Shown in pieces: positions 23,872-35,396 of a stretch of 64,000 bases of DNA. This stretch comes from Callorhinchus milii (lineage: Eukaryota), in assembly GCF_018977255.1 (NCBI RefSeq), contig NW_024704743.1, positions 68,574,001-68,638,000 on the forward strand, read 5' to 3'. The position numbers and the translations under genes are program-made. How positions within the stretch are numbered: the stretch's first letter is position 1; every line of letters starts with the position of its first letter. The notes beneath the pieces were generated by a model, which was given only the letters and a program-made list of their open reading frames with translations, had not been told where the DNA came from and did no database searches.

Positions 23872-24447
23872 GGAGGTTCATTCCAGGTGTTTGTTATGCT
23901 GGGAGGCTGTTATTCCAGATGTTTCTCAGTTAGGAGGCTGGCATTCCAGATGTCTTTCTGGTTAAGAGGCTGTCATTCCAGCTGTGTTTCCTACAAAGAG
24001 GTTGGTATTCCAGATGTTAGGGGACCGTTATTCCAGGTGTTATCCCATTGGAGTCCTGTAGCTTAGTGGTTAGACCACTCGCCTCGCAAGCGAGAAACCT
24101 GGGTTTGATTCCCGGCAAGGCGAAATGTTGGGCAAGTTTCCTTACTCCACATGCCTCTGTTTATCTAGCAGTAAGTAGGAACCTGGGTGTTTAAGGCAAT
24201 TGGTGGATCGCCTTTCCTGGAGTAATAATTCCTTCAAAAGAAAATAATGATAATAATTTGGTCACTTCAATCCATGGCTGCTTGTGGGACACTGCTGTGT
24301 GAAGTTGGTTGCCGTGTTTCGCCCACAAAATATACAGTCAATTAACTTTACAGTATATTCTGTGAAACGCTTTGAGACATCTTGGAGATGTGATAAGCCG
24401 CTATATCAAATGCAAGGATTATTATTATTAATATTAGGAGGCTGTTC
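23872..24447 (+). repeat. Degenerate ~32-bp tandem array (core RGAGGYTGNYATTCCAGNTGT), interrupted by a SINE
   Basis: ATTCCAG at 23880, 23912, 23943, 23975, 24007 and 24030; a partial unit AGGAGGCTGTT follows the SINE at about 24436. Confidence 0.85.
24050..24430 (+). mobile_element. tRNA-headed SINE, long (older) subfamily, full length
   Basis: GGAGTCCTGTAGCTTAGTGGTTAGACCACTCGCCTCGCAAGCGAG head; extra segment CTGTTTATCTAGCAGTAAGTAGGAACC...GGATCGCC; (ATT)n tail. Confidence 0.92.
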
Positions 24448-25804
24448 CCCTAGAAGTGTAACAACAGTGTTGTTGTTGTAGAAGTGTAAGAACAGCGGTC
24501 TCATCTAATGCACCAATTCAGCTCCAGGTTTTATCTCCTCATTTCCCACTCTTCCAGCTCATTGGGAAGCATTTATTTCCTGGCCTCAAGGGCGGTAAAA
24601 CTAAGATCAGGCCCTTCCATGTGTGAATACGTATTCCGCAACTGTGTTAACACAACAGCTTGTGTATTCAGGACTCGTTTGAGGTCAGTCCTGTTGATGG
24701 AATAGCTGAAACCTGCGAATAATCGAGGCAGTGATCTACATCAAAACCTGGTATCCAGCAAACGGGTGCCTGAGGTAATTTAGACCATTTTGAGCAGTGG
24801 CTTGGTTACTCAGAATATTCTTAGATTAAACAGAATCCGTCAACAATTTTAATTATCCAAACACTGTCCTCCAGTTCCCAAACTATTTTTTGTCTGATGG
24901 CAGAGTAGCAATACTTTTCTCGCTTGTGTCCTTATTAAGGTATATTATATGGTTTCACCCAGACATTTTTCTGTCCAACATTTCTGTAATTCAGATTGAC
25001 TGATTCAAAGAGTATGTAGCAATTCAAAACATTCAAATAATACCACTTACATTCTCTGCTCAAACAAAACAAGTGTTCATTCTTTTAATGATTTATTGCA
25101 ATAATCATATAGGGAATTTTAAGCCATTTAACCAGTCGGGTTCAGCACATAATCCAGCGCTTACATTTTAACTGACAATACTTTGATTCTCAAAGTATCA
25201 AATTTCCAGCTGGTTTAATCTTCGCTTTGCAACCACAGAGTTGCTAGGGATTTAATGTGAGTCCATTAGGAATGCAGAATGCAGTACAGCAGGACCACGT
25301 CACATTAACTTGACTTCCTCTGAGTGATATGTAAAACATGTGGATTTTCAGGCACAATCACTGTTTTTCCTGACTGCTAGAGGAGTACTGCTAGAAACAT
25401 CACTAATGTGTTAAAAGTCTGGCTGCACACTCACTCCATCGGCTCACACAGCTTCTCGTTGTCCACAGTCATGAATAACTGCATTCTCTGCTGTTCCAAG
25501 CTATTCAGGAAATCCGACAGTGCAATAATGATGTGCTTATCTAATAATCAAAAGTTTACTTAAACTCCAGAAACTTCCTCTGGCANTTTTTTAATTCAGA
25601 AAATAGTTTTTCCTGTTCACCTTCCTTGCCTATATTTGGATTTACACTGAGCACACAGCTCAAAAGTAGAGACAAGCTGATTTTGTTTGTGTGTGCTTCA
25701 TTCTCAACAAAAAAGAACCAAGTTCTAAAAATCTAATGAAACCAATGACTGTGTTCAGGTTTTTTAAATGTTAGTGCAGTGTAGCAATGATCAAGTAAAC
25801 TGAT

Positions 25805-26124
25805 GGAGTCCTGTAGCTCAGTGGTTAGAGCACTCGCTTTGCAAGTGAGAGACATGAGTTCAATTCCAGGCAGAGGGCGAAACCTTGGGCAAGTTTCCTT
25901 ACTCCACACAGAGCCTAATAATAATCCCTCCAAAAACCAAAAACAATAATTAAATTGGTCATTTTCAATCTACGACTGTTTGTGGGACATTGCTGTGCGC
26001 AATTGGCTGCCGCGTTCGCCCACAAATATACAGTCAATTCACTTTACAGTGTGTTCTGTGAAGCGCTTTGGGACGTCCTCCCGATGTAAAAAGCGCTATA
26101 TCAAATGCAAGGATTATTATTATT
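25805..26124 (+). mobile_element. Young tRNA-headed SINE (short subfamily), full length
   Basis: Near-identical to the reverse complement of 677-1006 and to 35087-35396. Confidence 0.93.
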
Positions 26125-26150
26125 AAAATAAAATGCACAGCTAGAATTCC

Positions 26151-26527
26151 AATAATAATAATAATAATACTTGCATTTGATATAGCACCTTATCACACCT
26201 TCAGGCTGTCTCAAAGCGTTTCACAGAATATACTGTAAAGTGAACTGACTGCATACATTGTGGGCGAAACAGAGCAGCCAATTGTACAGACATTGTCCCA
26301 CAAACAGTCATGGATTGAGTTACCAAATTATTATTTATTGTTATTTTATTGAAGAGATTATCCCCCCCAAAAAGCGATCCACCAATCGACTAACAACTGA
26401 GTTTCTACTTTGGGATAGGTAAACAGAGGCATGTGGAGTAAGGAAATCTGCCTAAGGTTTCGCTGTGCCTGGGAATTGAACCCAGGTCCTCTCGCTTGCG
26501 AGGCGAGTGCTCAAACCACTAAGCTAC
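26151..26527 (-). mobile_element. tRNA-headed SINE, long subfamily
   Basis: (AAT)n tail at the left, long-subfamily segment AGGTAAACAGAGGCATGTGGAGTAAGG, and head GAATTGAACCCAGG...CTCGCTTGCGAGGCGAGTGCTC. Confidence 0.9.
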
Positions 26528-27784
26528 CATCTATTGTATCCAGCAGTGTATAGATTTTTATAATGGTAATCAGATCTCTCCTACTATTTTCAACCTTGAT
26601 GGTGCTAAACACTCTACATTTTGGCGCTTCCCTGAGGTTTTGCAATGTAAAATAATCTTACGGATGAAATTTTCTTGCATGGGGAATTTTACTGGGCTTG
26701 GCGCTTATAATGAGAAAGTCTCATTAAATGTGTTCCCTGCTAAGTTTGATAAATTTTTCAATGGATCAAAATTGGCTCCTTAGAATGCCTTTTATTACAA
26801 AGCTGCATTGGCAAATCTTGTGCATTAAGGCAAAAACCACCACAGGTTGTATCTTTGTATCCTGTGATTATTGCAATTTGTTGTCCAAGCACATTTTACA
26901 TTCTGAGCGCATTAGCCCTTGCCGCATGAGGCGTGACGGAGGTGTCAGTTCCTGGCATTTATTCAAGTGAAGTAGTAAATCATGTTTGGAAGCTCCGAAG
27001 CAAATTTTGCACCACTTTACTGGAATGTGAATTTAACCCTCATTTTTTTCTTTCTCTGCACCTATTTTCAGTTTCCTTTGCCCATACACACTCACACACT
27101 CACAGTCATCCTCGTTGACTAGGAGGCGAGTACGAGCAGCATGAAGTAATCCTTCCAGATTACGTCTACTCTACTCTCTTGCCTCTTTCCCACCCCTTCT
27201 TCAACGGAAATATTCTTTAACTCCCTCTCAATGGGGTTTAAGGGGACAATAGAGATTCTGATCTCAATAGATGGAAACAGGCAGTGTTCTATAACTCCAT
27301 GGCATAAAGTGTCAGGGAACCAGTGCTTGTACTGCCAGTTTGCCTTGTTGTAACACAAATGTAATTGCCTTCTGATAGTAATCTATTTTTTGAGGCTCCG
27401 ATTTATGAGGAGAGGCTCACATAAACTGATGTTTCATTATGAAGAGGATAAAACAATGTAGGTGGGTCTAGAAGGCGATGCACGTCTTCAGAGTGCTGAG
27501 AGGATTGTCTGTCTATTGTTAAGAGGTTATGGTATTTGGTTTACGCCATAACACTATAACCAAAAAAACAGAGGACATACGCTTAAAAATAACAGGCTCA
27601 AACAATACTGGAGATTAGAATGTTTGTTTTTGTCGAGTAGGAGATTTGTACAACCAATTCCCAGTAAAAGCAGCTGACCTTGGGACGATTAACTCTTCAA
27701 ATACAAACTGGAAAAGCCTCTGGTTGGCATTGGTATTGGTCTAAGGATAGATCTGGACAATGATACTGGCTTTCATTGTGCCAT

Positions 27785-28190
27785 CTTATAAGTTATCACA
27801 TTGAACTGTCCCAAAGCACTTCCCACAATGAACTACTTTGAAAATTGTGACTTGCTTTTTATGCAAATGCAACAGTGAATTGGAATCAGCAGAATGACAC
27901 AAAGAACAATGAAAGGAATAACTACAATGCAACTTTTCTTGGTAAATTTGGATGGTGAAGGAATGTTGGCCAGGTTCCTTGGATAATTCCCTGCTCCTCT
28001 TCAAAATTGTATTATGGGATCTTTAATGTCTACCTGTACCTCCAGGGTAACCAGACGGGACTTTGATATAATATATAATCCAAGGGATGAGATTTCTAAT
28101 AATGCAGCAGTTCCAAGCACTGCACTGGAATGTCAGCCTGGATTACAAACTCAAGTACTAGAATGGGGTTCAAACGGACAACTTTGGGGA
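27785..28190 (-). mobile_element. Old Deu-domain SINE
   Basis: GTTGGCCAGG...CCCTGCTCCTCTTCAAAATTGTATTATGGGATCTTTAATGTCTACCTG...CACTGCACTGGAATGTCAGCCTGGATT. Confidence 0.75.
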
Positions 28191-28914
28191 ATGGAGTTCA
28201 GGTAGAAGCTAATAATCCCATTCTATTTGAAAAAAGAAGGAAATGTTTCCTGATGTCTTAGCCAACGATTCTCCAGATTTCTTAGCTGATGTGGGACATT
28301 GCTAACACACATGTTTAGCTTAGAAACCATCACTATACTGAACTGTAACTAATTGTAACTTGATGGCAATATACAAATGCAAGTTGACTTTCTATAAGCT
28401 TCAGCTACTTTACAGTATGCAACCCTCCACTACACTGCACCGAGTCTGCCATTGGTTGGCCATAGGTGTCCTCATGTTACATAATGAAATGTTTGCCACT
28501 GATGATAGCATTTTGTGAATACTGTAGTGGATGGTGATTTTTGTTTTCAGAACAGGAAAGTGCCAGTTAATCATTCAGTCATTTTAGACAACATAACTGA
28601 GAAGACCAATTCTTTGTAGAGGTCAAAAGTTCAGTAATATATTTATTTATGTCACATAACTTTGTTAATGTTTAACTCTCATTAATATTTGACAAGGACA
28701 GGTGGTATCCTGACATGGGGGTCAGCAGAGCGCACACTTTTAAATCAAAGTACTACGCAACATTTCAAAGCATTACATGATATATACTATAAATTGAAGT
28801 GACTGTTTTGTGAGCGAAAATTTCAAATTACTTGCCCATCCAGCATTGTCAATTACTTGGAGATATTCTCACAATGTGAAAGGCACTCTAAGTGTATATT
28901 GTATTGTACTTGTC

Positions 28915-29065
28915 AAATGTTGTGGATCTTTAATGTCTACCTGTACTCCCAGGGTAGCCAGATGGGGCTTTGATATAACATCTAATCCAAGGGATGGCAC
29001 TTCTAACGATACAGAGGTCCCACTGTAATGTCAGCCTGGATTACAAACTCAAGTACCTTAATGGG
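28915..29065 (-). mobile_element. Partial Deu-domain SINE, likely local copy of 28015-28158
   Basis: Shares exact 23-nt and 30-nt blocks with the neighbouring copy. Confidence 0.7.
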
Positions 29066-29516
29066 GAGGGAAAAGTGAAGTTTAAAGCATTTGACCAAAG
29101 ATAAGGTGACGACTGAAGGATGGCAACAGACCAGCATCTAAAGAGGAGAAGAAAATGGGCAAGAAAACTGGGCTGGAAAAAATGTCATGATCAGGTAGGA
29201 CAAGACCATGAGATATTTGGAGACCAGACTAGGATCTTAAAATCAATCCTCTGATACTGGAATCTAAGCAAGCTTAGTTACAGTATTTTAGTTGAATAAT
29301 TTATTGTTTCCACTGTGGTGGGTCTGCCCATGTTGATCTCCTCAGATCAGCCTCATCATCAATCCAATCCTAAATCCTCATGTGGAGTCAAATTGACGGA
29401 GAAGTGAATAGAAGGACATAGACGAGGGGATTATGAGATTGGTTTAAGTGAAGAAGACCCTTCAACCCATTTGATCTCATTCTTCCAGATTACCCACCTT
29501 GCCATTAGGAGGGGTG

Positions 29517-29683
29517 AACAGTCGTGGATTGAAAATTACCAATTTATTATTGTTTTGTTTTGGAGGGATTAGTATTAGGCATGTGGAGTAAGGAAACTTG
29601 CCCAAGGTTTCGCCCTGCCTGGAATTGAACACAGGTATCTCGCTTGCAAAGCGAGTGCTCTAACCACTGAGCTACAGGACTCC
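29517..29683 (-). mobile_element. Young SINE 5' half only (head intact, tail missing)
   Basis: Head ...CGCTTGCAAAGCGAGTGCTCTAACCACTGAGCTACAGGACTCC; similarity stops at AACAGTCGTGGATTG. Confidence 0.88.
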
Positions 29684-29879
29684 ACATTGTACCATGCTGG
29701 GAGGGAGTAAATCAAAATAGAATATGAATCTGCCATCTATTTGATCTCAATGAGTGCCCTTTCCAGGAAATGGATATAATGGTAACCACATAGCATGGTA
29801 CCTACCCACCTAGGACCACTCCATCTATCCCAGTTTGGGTTGGAGGGTTGAGGACATGTCTACACCTTCAAGACTTAAT

Positions 29880-30070
29880 GAGCCAGTGATGCTGGTCAAC
29901 CATCTTACCCCAGCCTGAAATTTCCCGTTTTTTAAATAGGGAGAGCTGACAAGTCAATTGTAGTACTCCCAATTCTAAACAAGTCGAGATCAGCTACATC
30001 GGGACAGAGCAGGAGTAGAATCCATTCTTCCCATGGTTACCTCAAACCAGTTTCAAACACACATGGAGCT
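29880..30070 (-). mobile_element. AmnSINE2-like relic
   Basis: CAATTGTAGTACTCCC...GAGATCAGCTACATCGGGACAGAGCAGG is the reverse complement of the CTGTGCTGAGTTAGCTGATCTC...CTACAATTG-type segment; compare 51648-51830. Confidence 0.5.
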
Positions 30071-31847
30071 CTCCATTCACGTTAGTGTGGCTGTTTTAAT
30101 TGCTATTGGTGAAGCCAGTTAAAAAAAGCTGGCTATTTTATGTGGATTTTTAATTTAAAATCTAGTTGAAATCATTTGTACATGAAGTATGTAAATGCAT
30201 TCCTCTTTGCCCAGCTGATAAGGTGACCAAGCACAACCCCAGGTCAATCCTCTACACTCTCTCCTCTCTTATCTTCCCACCATTATATACTAACCCACCT
30301 CTGAAGGAATTCAGGTGTAGTGTCAGCCAAGGCTTGCTACTCTGCTATCATTTAACCCTTGGAATAAATATCCTGAAGTCTTGCTTTAAATTGGATGGTG
30401 GAAAAGCATCAAAAAAAAAGAAACGGTTGATGTTCACAAAATGTAACTACCAGTGAGTGGCATTAAATTTTGAGAGCTTTTCTTTAAAAAGAATTAAAAG
30501 CTTTGAAAGAGTCAACCAGTGTGTGGAAAGCACTGGACTTGCACAAAATGATAAATGGTAGTCGTCTTTTTGAGGAAAGAAAAGAATGCCACAGGTTAAA
30601 GAAACACTGCTGATATTTTTCTCCCTTTGTCAAAGATCTGAACAGATGTGAGAGTGATGCTCTATTTCCTTCCTCATGTTGCTGGTTTTGTACTTAAAAC
30701 AACAAGAGGAAACTTTTGTCTGGAAGTTAACCACAACTTTATTATGTCAAAAAGTCACATCCTCCAGCATTATGTAATGGGAGCTCTCTTGTTATCCCCT
30801 TTGGCTAGACTGAAAGATAGATGAAACCAGGACTTAGTGAAGCACATCATGCAGATTTTTCTGTGATTTTCAAATGTTGCAACAGGAATTTACATTGTTC
30901 CTTTTTTAAAGAGAGAATTCTATTACCACTGTACTAGTTTGAGAAATGTAAGTAGTGTTGCCGAAATTTATTTTATGATCTAGCACTTTCATTTCAAAAT
31001 GATCACACTATGAGGTGCCCAAAAGTTATATTCATAAGCGATATCTGGTTTCTTCCAAATGTCTCTATATGTGCTTTAGTTTGCCCTTTGACTTTTTCCA
31101 TCAGTTCCCCAGGGCCCTGCTCTCTCAATCGCTCACAATACTCTGTTCCACTTTTCAATCCACTCTTCCACTCTTACTGATGATTCCATAGTCATCTGCT
31201 TCAGATTACAAGCTGTAAGTACACACAACTTTCATGTTTGCCAAAATGCAGAGACAAAATCACTGAACTTTAATCTCTACTCTTTGGGGTGGAGGAAGTA
31301 AAAAAATGTAATCGCCTCAATTCTTCAACTTTTCTCAGTATCCTTTATGTCTATCCAAGGTATATAACCTCTCATTGGCTTCACGATTATTCCCCCAATA
31401 TCTGTTGACATTCTTAAACTTCCTATCTCCTCTGATCTCAAATGGAATGCATAGACATTTTCCTTTGCCAAAGCAGTCTCCAAGAATCTCTCCTTTCTCT
31501 TCTATGCAAAATATTTACTTTTTCTCAAGAAAGTCCAGGTCGATCTAAAACTTGAACATAGCTTCATATCTGGGGAGATGCTTCTAGATCCTAGGCAGAA
31601 TAAACATAAGAAAAAAACCTTGTGGTTGTATATTACTTTTCTCTCTTCTCTGGCTTCTGTTGTCTCTCTCTCTTTCCCCCAAGAATCTTTCTTATATTGA
31701 AGTCAATGATACTATTGCCATTGTTTCTCTTTTTCCTCCTAATTGTCAAATATGCAGATCTAGAAGTTCTTCCTTCATTCATCCTCACCGGGTGGAACAA
31801 GAACAATGTGAAGAACACTGTAATATTTGTGACAGTCCTTCGAAGCT

Positions 31848-32070
31848 GATAATAATAATAATCCTTGCATTTGATATAGCGCCTTATCACGTCTTTGAGA
31901 TGTCTCAAAGCACTTCATAGAATATATTTTGTGGGCGAAACGTGGTAGCAAATTGCGCACAGCGGTATCCCACAAACAGTTGAGCATTGAGTGACTACAT
32001 TTTTTTTTGAAGGGATTATTATTCCCGGAAAAGCAATCTGGCAGTTGACTAACAATCTGTTTCCTGATGG
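31848..32070 (-). mobile_element. 5'-truncated SINE, long subfamily
   Basis: (AAT)n CCTTGCATTTGATATAGCGCCTTATCACG tail and SINE body. Confidence 0.85.
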
Positions 32071-32461
32071 AGTGGTTGTGCAATGTTGTCTTGCAATGTA
32101 TGTGCAATGTAAGTATTGAATCAGACTTAAGAGGGCATTTATTTTGGAAGCATGAGGTCAAGTGAGCTACATGGCCTTCCTTATCCAAACTTCTCTTGTC
32201 GGATGATAAGACAAGATATTTAAATTTAAAAATCTTGCTAGTGTAAATGCTGACAGAAACAAATATTACATGTGAAATATCTTGAGATGTTTTGACATGC
32301 TTAAGGAGCACAAATGTTTTTGGTGCATTGCCCCAGCACATTCAACCCAGAAGGACTTTATTTTTACAACTTTAAAAAAAACAAAGAACTGAATCCACAA
32401 TCTTAACACAATATGTTTCCAAGCCATTTAACGCAACCAGACTAGTTTTGTTGTAAACCAG

Positions 32462-32522
32462 GGAGGATTGGTCAAGATTGAGGCCCAAGGTTTCATTGAT
32501 TGAGATTAACTGGTTTGTCCAG
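32462..32522 (+). other. Candidate 61-nt exon (single open frame EDWSRLRPKVSLIEINWFVQ)
   Basis: TTTTGTTGTAAACCAG acceptor and CAG|GTAAGA donor; only one of the three frames is stop-free. Confidence 0.25.
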
Positions 32523-32864
32523 GTAAGAAACTTCGGTGTTTTGTTGTTTTTAATTTAGCTTTATTTCCGCTCACAAAATACACAGTCAATACACTTTACA
32601 ATATATTCTGTGAAACGCTTTGAGACGTCTCAACAATGTGTTAAGGCGCTATATCAAATGGAAGGATTATTATTTCATTTGTTGCTTTTGGAAGTAGAGC
32701 AGCTCTTTCCTTTATGATTAGGTTATCTAGGCAACTTTAAAATAGTTATTCTTGCTTAGCACGAGTTAGAGTTTTACATTCCTTATGATCTGATGTGTTA
32801 TAGACCATATCATTCTCAGTGCAATATCTAATAGCTTTTATAAAAGTAGAGATTATGAATAGGC

Positions 32865-32898
32865 TTGTTCTCCTAGAGGCATTGTTCTCCTAGAGGCA
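32865..32898. repeat. Perfect 17-bp tandem duplication TTGTTCTCCTAGAGGCA
   Basis: Two exact adjacent copies, next to a minus-strand (CAA)n L2-type tail. Confidence 0.9.
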
Positions 32899-34050
32899 TT
32901 AACAATAACAACAACAACAAAATTACATTTATAGATTTATACATTAATGCAAATTTTAAGACTTAAATGTATCTTGATATGAAAATATTTACTTACTACT
33001 GTTGTACCCATATGTGCAGCCCTGTTTTCTGTTTGAAGGCAGTCAATCATCATGGTGTAATGTTCCATAGATGTTGACAACAACAGTGATTTACATTTAT
33101 ATAAGCACCTTTCACATATAGGGAAGATATAGATGTTGTCACTGCTTGTTTTGGGCATGTATGTTTTGAAATGGCTTGACATACTGTACAACAAGACAGC
33201 TTTCCACCTCAGTGAAATGTGAAACGTAAAAAGAATATTAATCAAACAAACCTTGACAGACATAGCATGTCAAGAATCTCCTACTGTTTTTCTGAACTGT
33301 ATTTGGATGAATATTTAATTTTAATACAGAACAATGTATGGGCATGCAGGTTACCTTGTGTAGCATAACAGAAAAAGGATATTATGAACAAAAGTTAATT
33401 AAAACTTGCTCTCTTGTTGTGCAGTATTGCAAGCCAATTAATTCAATACATTTCAACATCTATTTTCTGCAAACCTTGTGCTTAACTCTGCTAGTTCTAT
33501 CAGAGATTATTGTCCCAACTTGAAATGTACAAGTGTATTGTTGAATTTAGGAAATTGGATCCATGCTGAAGGGTTCAAGAGACTAAATTGGTGTTTGCAA
33601 AAGTGGAACAATGCCAGTGAAAGAAAGGCACTAATAAAATCTTCTTTTGCCACTTTATTATCTGTTATAAAGATCCTGTCTACTGCTCATGGCAATTTTT
33701 CAAAGTCTGGTCATATAACAGCTGATCTTTCTTTCTCCTCCTTCCTTCTCATTCATTCCCCAACCATTCCCATCTCATACATCATTGTTAAATATGGTTA
33801 CTTCTCAAAACTTCACTTTTTCTTCTGAAGATTGAAGTACGTTGCTCCACATGCTCTTCCCTGTATCTTCATTACGTTATAAACATCACAGTTTCCTTCC
33901 ATTGAAATGCCATATTCTCTTCTTTACTTTTAAACACGGGGTGTTTGCTTAGCTCAATTGTATCCACTTGTGTGGCCTCTTTTCTGTTTGCCTTTGCTTC
34001 TCAAAGCAGTCACTCATCATGGCATGATGAGTCCAAAGATGTTGGCAACT

Positions 34051-34550
34051 TCAACAACAACAATTTACATTCATGTGGCGCCTTTCACATTGGGAGAACA
34101 TCGCTAAGTGCTTCATAGAGCTGACTGTGAGACTGAGCAGAGGAACGTCAGCTGAGGAAGGGAGGAGAAAGGTGGCTGAAAGTGTGGTAAATGAGATTGG
34201 TTTGAAGGTGGGTTTTGAAGGTGGGAGAGGGGATGGCAAGGGAGTTCCATAGAGCAGGGGCAGAATTGCTGAAGGCTCATCCACCTGTATTGTTGAATTT
34301 AGAAAATTCATACATTCTGAAGGATTAGAGACTAAATTGTTGTTTGCATAAATGGTAATTGCCAATAGAAGAAAGGCAATGGTAACATGGTGGTGTGGAC
34401 AGGGGATCTTGTTTGCTGAATGGAGGGAGCAGGTGGTGCAGTTGGTTCGCAAAGTTAGGATGGTGCAAGGCCATGAGGGTTTGAAAATGAGGAAGAGAAT
34501 ATTAAATTTCATCAGTTAGGGATGTGGAGCCAGTGAAGCCAAATGACGAT
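34051..34550 (-). mobile_element. Old L2 3' fragment
   Basis: (CAA)n tail at 34052; MKFNILFLIFKP (L2 FKIL.L.FK motif); GGAGCCAGTGAAG. Confidence 0.75.
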
Positions 34551-34554
34551 CGGA

Positions 34555-34940
34555 GTCAGAAGGTTGCAGGTTCAAGCCCCAAGTTGAGACTTTGAACATG
34601 TAGCCTAGGCTGATAGATACTCTGAGGGACCACTGTATTGTTGAAGATGCCAACTTTTCAATGAGACGTTAAACTGAGGTCCTGTCTGTCTGTTCACTGC
34701 TTGTTCAGATAGACGTTAAAGATCTCACAGCTCTACTCAAAAGAGAAGGAAATTTCTCTTGGCATCCTGACTAACAATTCCCCAGATAAAGTTAACTCAT
34801 GGCTGTTCATGGGACATTGCTGTGTGCACGTTGGCTGCTGTCTTTGACTTCAAGTTCACCATGTACATTTTACATATCCTGAGAAGCAATTTAAGATGCC
34901 TCGATGATGTGATAAAGCACTATATCACATGCAAGATTAT
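34555..34940 (+). mobile_element. Deu-domain SINE
   Basis: AGTCAGAAGGTTGCAGGTTCAAGCCCC head; ATGAGACGTTAAACTGAGGTCCTGTCTG; GGGACATTGCTGTGTGC; tail. Confidence 0.8.
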
Positions 34941-35086
34941 TGTGTGATTATAATATGAACACTAAAAACAAGATGCACCAAAGTACCAATGTGCACATGT
35001 AGAAAGAGATTGGAAAATTGCACTTGAGTAAGTGATCCAAAATGTTATCCGATATGAAGGTGTTGTATAAATGCAAGTATAAATGT

Positions 35087-35396
35087 GGAGTCCTGTAGCT
35101 CAGTAATTAGAGCACTCGCTTTGCAAGTGAGAGACCTGAGTTCAATTCCAGGCAGGGCAAAACCTTGGACAAGTTTCCTTACTCCCCACGCCTAATAATA
35201 ATCCCTCCAAAACCAAAAACAATAATAAATTGGTCAATTTCAATCTACGATTGTTTGTGGGACATTGCTGTGCGCAATTGGCTGCCGCGTTCGCCCACAA
35301 ATATACAGTCAATTCACTTTACAGTGAAGCGCTTTGGGACATCCTCCCGACGTGAAAAGCGCTATATCAAATGCAAGGATTATTATTATTATTATT
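35087..35396 (+). mobile_element. Young tRNA-headed SINE (short subfamily), inserted in an old L2-type tail
   Basis: Full head to (ATT)n; flanked by TGTATAAATGCAAG upstream and GTTGTTGCTGTTGTT downstream. Confidence 0.93.

Noticed and set aside
23872..24047. CRISPR-like repeat/spacer pattern
   Set aside because: The repeats are degenerate, the spacers only about 10 nt, there are no cas genes and the context is vertebrate; it is a minisatellite.
25105..25215. Small hairpins ATACTTTGA-TTC-TCAAAGTAT (25178-25198) and TAATGAGA-AAG-TCTCATTA (about 26708) following GGGAATTTT starts
   Set aside because: Possibly centres of fossil palindromic transposons, but I could not define matching termini; they are not terminators in this context.
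25586..25586. Single N bases (also 35635)
   Set aside because: Ambiguous base calls beside homopolymers; assembly artefacts.
31775..32341. 188-aa minus-strand ORF
   Set aside because: It reads through a SINE and AT-rich DNA, with a non-ATG start and no coding-like composition.
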